Below, piece by piece: positions 52,698 to 64,000 of a stretch of DNA of 64,000 bases. The stretch is taken from assembly GCF_006345805.1 (NCBI RefSeq), contig NC_042997.1:147622001-147686000 (forward strand), in the 5' to 3' direction. Both the position numbers and the translations under genes were made by a program. The notes under the pieces are model-generated. The model was not told the DNA's origin. It saw only the letters and a program-made list of their open reading frames with translations, and ran no database searches. The first letter of the stretch is position 1; each line of letters starts with the position of its first letter. Origin of the DNA: Octopus sinensis. Lineage: Eukaryota.

Positions 52698-54795
52698 AAG
52701 AAAAATATATAAATCGTTTAGGGGTTCTCTCCCCTTAAGAAGAACATTCACTTACTCCTTCGTCTCACAGTCATCTCTCTCTCATCTCTTTCTTTCTTTC
52801 TCTTACCCCGTTAACAACTATAAGCAGTAGTGGCAGTTTATAGTCAAATAACCACATATACAAGGATGGCCAAACGTCACTCGATAGTAAATCAAACTTC
52901 CATAAATACTATCTGTAATTCTATATTGACTCGAATGGAAAAAAAATGTGTCGCTGAAGAAGGACTTCAGTTTGAACAATTTTCCTGATGTTTTATATTT
53001 AGATGCTTTTATTAAATTCACTCAGTTGTTAAACATAAATAAATCTTGGAATTAAACGGTTTTGATTTACTATCAGGTGACTTTTGGCCAACACTGTATT
53101 AGTGTTATAGTTAGTTTATAATTTGAACACCAGACTTGTGACTTTAGCAATCTATATAAAATTCAGATAAAAGACGTAAACCAACTTTTATAATAGGGTA
53201 GTAAATTTATATAAAACAACGTACCCACTTCGAGATATTTTATAGAAAATATTAAACATCAGAAATAAATACAGCATTTTAAGATGAAATGCAAATGAAA
53301 TGTCACATGGTTTAATCCAACACATTCAATCAATGTCAGTACTCCGATTAGAAAAATATTTCTCCATCTTGTCAAATTGCATTACACTTCTAGATGTAAA
53401 TTGTGAAAAGTCCTCAACACATATTCGCTAAAAATAAGCTATTAAAACAATAAAATTACTTCGCTAACCCGCAAAAATCTATAAAATATTATCATAATTT
53501 ATTCATATAACCGAAATATAAATAAGGTTAACACCCGGAAACGCAACTGCTAAGTACAAACCGTATCTCTGGTGAATGGTGATTGTCTCGAAATTGCAGT
53601 TATGTATTCATCCATTGTCACATCTAACATTAATCAGATGAAAATATGTTACATCAGATTAACAAAAATCATATTAAGGTTACACAGTAACATCATAGTT
53701 ATACGTTTAGAACAATATCAAGACGATCGCTCATTAATCAGGTGATTTATATATGGTCTTTGAAAAATATTAATTTAATCTAAAACATTAGATGTTGCAT
53801 CTAAAATAAAAGAGTACCTTATACGTAATCATTGTGAAATATCTGAAATATTCAATTTGCATATATATCTGTGAGATATACAATTTTACTAAAATATTGG
53901 TTACACGTTCTCAGCTAATTTCTTTCCACCCACATATACAAAAGTAATTTCATAGAGACCGCTAGAGTAGGCCACTATTTGTATACTAAAATAGGGATAA
54001 ATACAATAATTTATTAAAAAATTATTTGACATATTACATATAACGAGTCTTATACAAGTCTCAACTTGAGAATATATATACCGTCATATCCCGAAAAAAT
54101 GTATATTAGTTTATTGCAAAATATATTGATTTTCGTTTTCAATCATGGGAGATTTACATAAAACTGCATCAATATAAATTAAGAGGTGGTCACAATTTAC
54201 CATTACACGTTAAAACCTGGTGACACTCATGCCAGTCCATCCCGTAATTATGCACTATTCTCTAAACATAGTAATGAATAATAACCAGAATTTAAAAATA
54301 AAAAATAAAAATTTAACGAATAATAACAACATTCTTTTCTACTCTAGGCACAACACTAATAACAAAATGGAAGATCGCATACTTTTAGCAAATGCAAATA
54401 TTTCAAACACTCACCCTCAGCAGAAGCAGTACTGGCACCAGCAATATACCGTGTCACATCAAAACAAGGATCTAGGGTCACCTCACTACTGAACTTATCT
54501 ACTCTGAAGTAATGCATCTGCGCACAATTGTTTTATCAGTTTGACACAACCCAGTCGTAGAATTACCGTAACTCGAATCTCGGAAACATGTGTGCTCTTA
54601 TAAATCTCAAGTAGAACGAGAGACATGCAATGAAGTGTGTTGACTACTGGATTACAGATAGACTCGACATGACAGGTTTCTACTCAGTTACCCTCAAATC
54701 AAATTCACTTGGTATGATTCGAGACTAAGGGAAAGGAAACAGAGAAACACGCAATGCCATGGGATTGTGCAGTCGTACAATGTGTATGAGACCAC

Positions 54796-55213
54796 TTTTC
54801 TAACGGCTGACAAGGGAGACAGTCTCCCTCCCTACGACAAGCGTGATTGAGTCATATCAGAATTGATTTCAGATTTAATCAATCTTTGTCAGTGACTCAT
54901 TACTCCGTACCTTAAGTCACCTTGTCAGTCTCATAGAGAACACCATAAGAAACATCGACTGATTTCGAAAATGAGAATTATAAATTAATAAGGTGGCTTT
55001 TCGCTATTTAGAATTAATTTATAATTCTCACTTCACCATTTTCGAAATCAGTCGATGTTTCATCTGGTATTCTGTATAAGGCTGCAAGGGTGACTTAGGT
55101 TCTTTAGCCCTGGGTCGGCGACAGGGTAATGGGTCACTGATGAAGATTGATTAAATCTGAAATCTCACTTGTCGTAGGGAGGGAGCCCGTCTCCCTTGTT
55201 AGCCGTTGGAAAA
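54796..55213. mobile_element. ~420 bp foldback palindrome (MITE-like)
   Basis: Perfect paired blocks 54949-54973/55037-55061 (25 bp), 54865-54885/55144-55164 (21 bp) and 54974-54989/55013-55028 (16 bp); 23-nt loop. Confidence 0.85.
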
Positions 55214-55329
55214 TTGCGCTCACGTGGTTAAGAGTTGTTTTGACTTTATTTTTCGCAATGTTAGTGCTTAGTAGCACTCCCTGTTCCTTTAGTGACGACT
55301 GTATATGCCCTCAGGAATGACACACCACT

Positions 55330-57715
55330 AGCAAGTACAGGCAGAATCTCTGCTCCACCTTACCAATGCTTCTTCCACGGACTAAATGGAGGAAATGGCG
55401 CTGCAACAAACCAAGGAAAATTATATACTGGATCTTTGTTCCCCAAAACAATACAGACATTATCCATAATGTTAAAATGACACTGATGCTGGTCTTGGAT
55501 CAAAACATAATAGAGCTATCTATGTATGGACCAGACATACAGCCTATACGAAGCACACAAAGTCTCTCCGTACTAAATTTTCATAAAGCAAATTGGAAGT
55601 TGATTGAGAAAGCGATCCTCAAACAGGATTGGCCTAAATGTCTTTCCACACCAGACATTGACATGAAACAAACATTTCATGTTCGTAATACAAACCATAT
55701 GTGACAAATCTGTCCAGATGTGCAGGGTCAACATACACAAAACTGGATTCCTAGGGAAAGGGAGATATTTATGAGACGACGGTGAAACACTGCGAACCGC
55801 CTGAGCAATCACCCTAAAAATGGTGAGAAGTCTCGCCTGGAGAGAGCGCTATTGGAAATTGGGAAAGTCTGCATCAGTCTCATGAAAAGGAGAGGAGATA
55901 AAGAAACTTGAGTTATAGAAAATATCAAGTCGAAACCTATAGCTTTCTTTAAGTTTGTCAAAGAAACATCCTCAGTACGCCACAAGATAGGAACCCTCTT
56001 TCAAAAATATGGTTCCCTCACAAGAAACCCCATGTAGATAAGTGAAATGAACAGTTTTAAAGTGAATGAACAATTCCAAAGTGTGTTCAATACAGCTCTT
56101 GGACACGGGCAAGTGAACAAGCCAGCAGAATTCTTTGCCACTTTACCTGTAACCAAAAAGGGGAAAATTGAGTACATAAACATTGCAGATGTAACGCTGC
56201 TGACTCTGATAGATCTCCAGCAGTCCTTCTCTAATTGTGCAAACTAGCCTTTTCAAAAGCACTGCAGCTTTGTTTTTTCAGAGCTTTCTTGCAGGTGGTA
56301 AGCTCCCAGACAAACTGAAGGAAGGGATAATGTGCCCTCTCCATAAAGGAGGAAGCAGAGCAGATGGTAAAAATTAAAGGCATCACACATCAGCAAAGAC
56401 ATGGAATGAATAGTCTGCAAGAAACTAATCAAGTTCCTTGAAGAAAATGACTTGCTGACTGCCACCCAGCATGGATTTCGACCAGGTTGAATCTGTCTAA
56501 CACAACTCTTGCAACGCTACGACAAGGTCTTAAATGAATCAAGTGGAGTTGTGAAACATCTCGACTTTGCAAAAGCCTTTGATAAAGTGGACCATTGTAT
56601 GATATGTCGCAAACTGCGTGATCCAGGCGGAAAACTTGGAGAGTGGCTGCACGACTTTCTAATGGACTGAGGTCAGGCAGTAGAGGACAAAGGAGCCACA
56701 TCCAAGGAAACACAAATAGCACGTGGTTATCCACAGACTACCGCTATCCATAGTAGCCCCCTGAGAATGCTCTCATATGCTCATGTAGGTACCTTTACTA
56801 GCTATGCAGATGACACAAAAGACTCTCAGACAATACAAAATCCTGGAAATGCAGCACATCTGCAACGAAAGTGGGACGCAATATACAGATGGGCTGAAGA
56901 CAACAACAAGCGGTTTAATGCAGGAATATTCCAAGCCCTGCGCTACAAGTGCACAAAACTGGACGACATGCAGACTGGATACACTGGCCCAGGAGGAATT
57001 GCAATCCCTGAATCGAAATCACTACGTGACGTGAGCATTGATATGAGCAATGAGGCATCTTTCCAAGTAATTATTACTAATTTGGTAATAAAATGCAGAC
57101 GGCTAGCTGGATGGATCCTCCAAAATTTCAACAGAAGAGAAAAAGAGACATTGATAGTTCTTGGATGACTACTGCTCCCAACTATGGTTACTACACAACG
57201 GTAGAACTGGAAGCGATCCAACGAAGCTACACTAAGAAAAGCGTCTCAATGTAACGTATCAACTACTGGGAAGGACTGAAAAAGTTAAAACTCTTCTCTC
57301 TAGAATGAAATCTAAAAAGTTATGCAATCATATACACCTGGAAAATCCTGGAAGGCCTTGTACCAAACTTCGGCATTCAAAGTTACTCAAACAGCAGAAC
57401 GGGGCGACACTACATAGTGCCAAAGATCCTAGCATTGCCATCAAAATACAGGACCAGATACTGCAACAGCTTAGGTTTCAAAGGCCCACAACACTTCAGT
57501 ATCCTTCCAGAATGTCTGAGAGACCTGCATGGTGTGGATGTAACTTCAAAACAAAACTGGATCTCTTTCCGTCAAGGGTTCCAGATGAGGCTACCTCACG
57601 GCAGGAAACACAGATGAGGGCTGCGGCATCACATACATTCATTGACAAAATGCTACATATAAGAAGAGGTTTCGAATCATGGTGGAGCATAGCCAACGGT
57701 GGTGCCCCAGCATGA
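55330..57715 (+). mobile_element. CR1/L2-like LINE, longest copy (APE C-terminus, RT, 3' end), disrupted
   Basis: ILDLCF..TDIIHNVK (APE end); NEQFQSVF; DFAKAFDKVDH; SYADDTK; KLDLFPSRVPDE..QMRAAAS. Confidence 0.93.
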
Positions 57716-57754
57716 CCGCAATTTTGAAGGTGAAATATTTTAAAGATTAAAGAT

Positions 57755-57807
<53 letters not shown>

Positions 57808-57912
57808 GCAGAAAATTCAACAAAATCTGTTACTCTGAGTTTCTCGTTGCCGTTCATCAGACAGTTTTTGTTGTCTGATGAACGGCAACGAGAAACTCGT
57901 TGAATTTTCTGC
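57808..57912. repeat. Inverted repeat with a perfect 27-bp stem (57837-57863/57872-57898) plus outer 14-bp arms
   Basis: Seen directly; the right arm lacks 15 bp (agagtaacagatttt). Confidence 0.95.
57822..57869 (-). ncRNA. Minimal type I hammerhead ribozyme candidate
   Basis: aaaaacugu-CUGAUGA-aCGgcaaCGa-GAA-ACUCaGAGU-A/acagauuuu: intact core, GUA triplet, stem I 4+4 bp, palindromic stem III. Confidence 0.65.
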
Positions 57913-58003
57913 TGCTTAAAATAAAGCATATTACTCTACCACTGGTATTTGAGTACTCTTTTTTCCACCTTGTTTCACATTTATGTGTTTACTCCGGTAT
58001 ATA

Positions 58004-58041
<38 letters not shown>

Positions 58042-58399
58042 CATATACATTTACCTCCATATGCGTGTGTGTAGGTGTGCGCGCGCGCGTGTACATGTAC
58101 ATATTAACACATATTACTGGACAAATATTACACCTTCGCTGGTGAATATCGAGGAAATACTTTCGGTTTCGTTAAGTAAGTGATATTTGTTATTCTCAAA
58201 GGCAACTGAACCATTTCAGATTATCTTGACCATTACAAAACGTATTATATTTTAGGTTTCATATACTTACTGTTTATTTAATTATACAATCATGATTAAT
58301 TATACTTTTTAAATTAGTTTGGTGTAATGGCGAGATAGGATATGCCGTTTGCAGCTTGCAAAATCTTTGACTCCTTTAGACTATGTTAAAACGTTTTCC

Positions 58400-58435
<36 letters not shown>

Positions 58436-58514
58436 CTCTATCTATCTCTCTAGCTAGCTGTCTGTCTGTCTGTCTGTCTATCTATGTATGTATGTATGTA
58501 TGTATGTATGTATG

Positions 58515-58561
<47 letters not shown>

Positions 58562-58567
58562 GTATCT
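58400..58567. repeat. Compound tetranucleotide repeat (TATC)(TGTC)(TATG)(TATC)
   Basis: Seen directly. Confidence 0.95.
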
Positions 58568-58602
58568 AACGCTTCCCTTTGAAGTATATATATATATATA
58601 AA

Positions 58603-58715
58603 TACAAAATGGGACAAGAACGCAAAACATTCGGACAGGTGATACAAAAATGGGACAACAAATTATCCGGATAGACGATACAAAGGAAACAAGGACGGGT
58701 CATTCTAAGCTTTCT
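58603..58715 (-). mobile_element. Terminal fragment of the 24415-25320 element family
   Basis: Reverse complement of 25205-25320. Confidence 0.8.
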
Positions 58716-59619
58716 TTCCTATATATATTTCGAGTTCTTTCTACAGGTTATTAGTGCCGCTATGGCTAAGTGAAACGTATATATATATATATATATATAT
58801 ACTTAGTTTGATACTGTGTGTACTGTGTTCCCCGAAGACGGCATGGTGCTTCATAACTCTTAGTTTGTTAGTTTAACCTTCTTTATTACATGGTTGAAGC
58901 TGTGATGTCTACTAGCTCTGTAGCGCGTACAGTTATACGGCTTATAGAGAAACGAAATTCGATTCGATTGAACGATGTTGCACAATTTTTTCAAGTTCCA
59001 CCCCTCTCTCTCTTTAATGCCTCTCTTTCCCTCTCTCCCTCTTTCTCCCTTTCTCTGTCTCCCGCACACTTCCATGCGCATACATATAAGGTTCCTTCAA
59101 TTTTTTTTGTTTTAATTCCTTGTACAGGAAATTCTATTTATTTTTCACTCTCATAATATGATGGAAACTTTTTGCACGGTCCGTGTATTTTAATTTTAGT
59201 AGAGAACTACAAAATAAATATTCAAAAAATAAAAATACCCTCCAAATTTATTTCGGCTTAGCTAATCACTTTTCAGCTCCTTTTGTAGTAATCGGAGAAT
59301 CAGAGCAGCTTCAATTGAGATCTTCCCGTAAACTTGTTGGATCTAAAATACTTGAAATTGCCATCGGCTAAGCGAGATAACAGATTTTAATATGAAGCTC
59401 TTCACGGCCTGACATGGATCGGTGTAGAATGTCGTTGCTTAATCAGGTGAGTGACTAATCAGGCAATCAGCGTATAGTAAACGGTAAGTTACGCGCTAAC
59501 CGCATTAGAAAACCTTTTTATGGAGTTTAAATTGCCAAAACTACAAAACAATACAAATCCATTCTTCCAATTGAGAAAAATTCAAGTGGCAGTCAACAAA
59601 AGCAGAGTAGAAAAACAGA

Positions 59620-59669
59620 ACGTGCAATGTATGTACATATGTACATACATACATACATACATACATACA

Positions 59670-59700
<31 letters not shown>

Positions 59701-59877
59701 GTACGTACGTACATACATAAGTACATGCATGCGTATGTACATGCATAGGCACATACATACATTCGTACATGCAATTATATATATATATATATATATTATA
59801 ATGAGGGGTATATACATACACATATATATATGTGTGTGTGTATGTATAGGCAAGTATTTGCGCGTAATTACACGCAC

Positions 59878-59931
<54 letters not shown>

Positions 59932-59960
59932 GATATATACATATATTATATATACATATT
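59620..59960. repeat. (TACA)n/(TA)n microsatellite cluster
   Basis: Seen directly. Confidence 0.95.
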
Positions 59961-60074
59961 AAATATATGCATATACATGTGCTTCTGTTTGTGTGTGTAA
60001 TATTAAAACCAAAAACAACTTAAGACTAGAAACCTATATTTAGGGTAATAGCAAATGTTAGCGATAAAGATAGT

Positions 60075-61248
<1,174 letters not shown>

Positions 61249-61250
<2 letters not shown>

Positions 61251-61840
61251 GCCCCGACGCAGTACCAGGCTGTAACTCTCATGACTATGCCCTGATGCAG
61301 TGCAGGTAATGGCTCTCCTTATCTTAACTTATTATAAGTGTTTTCATGTACATTGTTTCATCTTGGTATAAAACATGGGTTACAGCAAATATTCTGCTCT
61401 CAATACCACTGATTTGCTTCTCAGTTGTTTGACTTTAACCAGTCGAGTATGTCCCTAAGTGGCTGACGACATGTGCATGTATGAACACGAGCAGAAGTAG
61501 TGGAGGAGCATCATAGCTATGTGTTCAGAGGAATTTGGGGGGATTTGGATAATTCCCCTTTGGAAACGTGAGTGTTTCGTTCACCATCCTTAAACAACCG
61601 CTTATTCAGGGATCTTTTCTGTGGGATGGACTACTCAACTTGAAGAAAATTCTAACTGGGCCCCACCTGCAAAGCAATGCGCTGTTTATGTTGATATGAG
61701 ATCATTATGTCACGCACATATGGTTGTGATGCATGTGACTGGTGTACCCTTATCAGACGGGTAGTCATCGTGGGTATACTGGGCTTCGTATATTTTACCC
61801 CAGTGTCATTTTGATGGCATGCGCTGCTGTCTCACCCAAT
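61249..61840 (+). mobile_element. ~590 bp non-coding interspersed element embedded in (AAT)n
   Basis: Higher-GC island with sharp AAT-tract borders; 5' ~30-bp tandem duplication; no ORF. Confidence 0.6.
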
Positions 61841-61841
61841 C

Positions 61842-61890
<49 letters not shown>

Positions 61891-61899
61891 TAATAATAA

Positions 61900-62118
61900 T
61901 GGTTCCAAATTTTGACACAATGCCAGCAATTTAGGGGAGGGGATAAGTTGATTGTATCGACCCCAGTGTTCAGCTGGTACGTAATTTATGGACACCGAAA
62001 GGATGAAAGGCAAAGCCGATCTTAGCGGAATTGGAACTCAGAACCTAAAAAACCGGGAAGACATGCCGCTAAGCATTTTGTCTAGAGTGCTGACAACTTT
62101 ACCAGTTCACCGCCTTAA
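61900..62118 (-). mobile_element. Meta/Nin-like SINE embedded in (AAT)n
   Basis: ccgaaaggatgaaaggcaaag core; AAT tracts on both sides. Confidence 0.8.
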
Positions 62119-62479
62119 AATAATAATGATAATAATAATGATGATGATGATAATAATGATAATAATAATAATAGTGATGATAATAATGATAAATAGAAAT
62201 AACAAAAGATCACGCTTATAAAATATAAAGCAAAACAGAAAAATTGAAGAATGAAAAGAAAATATAAAAGAACTTCAACAACAAAGGAAACAGAAACAAA
62301 CTGGTTGATCAGAATAGCTGACCAAAAAGATTGACAACAATAGACAACGAATCAATATAGTTCATAATAATGTTTCTTCGTAGAAATTGGCAAAAAGAAG
62401 CGATTGGTTAATAAGAGGCAATATCTAGTTTAAAATGCGATGCAAAGAGAATAGGAATTCAATTGGGTTAGAATGGCAG

Positions 62480-62482
62480 GAG

Positions 62483-62557
<75 letters not shown>

Positions 62558-63111
62558 CATATATATGTATGCATGTATTATGTGCATATATGTATTGTGT
62601 GTGTGTGTGCTATCTAAAGTTTCTTTGTCCTTCTACACTATACTTCTCTCTATATTTTGTCTTTTTCACTTTTCCGCCATTTTTTAGTCGTACCTTTTCG
62701 ATACTTTCTACACTCTCACTATCTTTATCTAGTTTTTCTTCTATTTTACAAACACACACACATACACACACATACACACACACACTACACCCATATACAC
62801 ACAAGCACAAACACTCACGGACAGGGACAGGCACACGCACAAGACACACGTACACACACATAGACACAAAATGGCAGCACACACGTGCCGAAGTTACAGG
62901 AGTTGTCTTTATATTCAACATCTATTCCCTCTGTTTTTCGCTTTCTCTTTCCTTCTCCTTAAGCCCTCCCTCTGTTCTTTCTTTATTTGCTGTCTAATTT
63001 CCTATACAGTGTTAACAGCCTATCAAATCGTTTCAATCTTTCTTCCTTTTCCAACAGATTCACGCAGACAGACTGAAACATATTTACATACAAGAGACAC
63101 ACACACTGGCA

Positions 63112-63171
<60 letters not shown>

Positions 63172-63325
63172 TATATACATATGTATATATGCATCATTGT
63201 ACATATACGTATGCACCTCTGTGTGCATGTGTCCATCTATCTATCAATTTGCTCATATACATGCATGCGTATACTCACACACACATTATACATGATATGC
63301 ATATATATGTATATATGAATGTATG

Positions 63326-63385
<60 letters not shown>

Positions 63386-63711
63386 GAGTGTGTGTATATG
63401 TGTGTCTGCACGCGTGTGTTATATAAATATGTATACATACGTTCATATATATATATATATATATGCACATATGTACTTATGTATATGTCTGTGGGTATTT
63501 GGGTACTTCAACCATTACATGTTCTATCGTAGGCAAAACGATGTGGTATATACGCATATATGTATGTACATATGTATATGTGAGTGTGCGCGCGCGGGCG
63601 TATGCATGTATGTGTGTGTGTGGCTATACATGTATTGCATACATGTACATCCAAATACAGAGAGACTTAGAAATAAGGGGAGAGTTGGAGGAAGAAAGAG
63701 GGAAAGGGACC

Positions 63712-63750
<39 letters not shown>

Positions 63751-63760
63751 AAGAAAAAGT
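62480..63760. repeat. Microsatellite field (TA)n, (CA)n, (TG)n, (GA)n
   Basis: Seen directly; explains the long YI/HT-rich ORFs. Confidence 0.93.
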
Positions 63761-64000
63761 GAAAGACTAAGGCAAGGAAGACAGAAACGTATTGATATGT
63801 ATGTAGATTGATAGCTATAAATACATACCATCGTTTATATTGTTTCCTAACCATTGTCTCGATTTAGAGCAGAAAATGAGGAATAAAAATAAATAAATAA
63901 ATAAATAAAAGGAAAACAATGCAATAAATAAAAAAAACTTACAACAAAGGATTCCAGTAAAGTAAAAAACAAACAAACAAAAAAGAATTCTAAGCACTTG

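Noticed and set aside
62871-63770. 299-aa ORF and the many YI/CV/HT-rich ORFs across the window
   Set aside because: Translation of (TA)n/(CA)n/(TATG)n repeats, which lack stops in some frames; no protein-like complexity.

Overview
AT-rich, microsatellite-dense eukaryotic genomic DNA. The SINE families look like the tRNA-derived SINEs known from Octopus (OK/OR-type), so a coleoid cephalopod origin is likely, but this is an inference. I find no intact, recognisable host protein-coding gene, rRNA, tRNA or CRISPR array; most ORF-track entries are microsatellite read-through or transposon debris. The window is a layered transposable-element graveyard. It holds three decayed copies of one CR1/L2-like LINE, four R4/Dong-clade fragments, several RTE remnants, mariner, Tc1, rosa/maT-like, Tigger and hAT (Buster/Charlie) transposase remnants, two Tigger-like MITEs, Helitron ends and at least five SINE families. 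The best leads are: (1) minimal type I hammerhead-ribozyme folds in TA-microsatellite-embedded, Penelope-like non-coding elements, where two unrelated elements share a non-canonical A.A pair at the base of stem II; (2) SINE multimers joined repeatedly at the same nucleotides and arranged as inverted arrays; (3) a ~420 bp foldback palindrome; (4) a Helitron 3' end that reads as hairpin+CTAG on both strands; (5) a cluster of minus-strand splice signals plus a small secreted-like ORF at 37.4-38.6 kb. All alignments and folds were done by eye; family names and boundaries need database confirmation.
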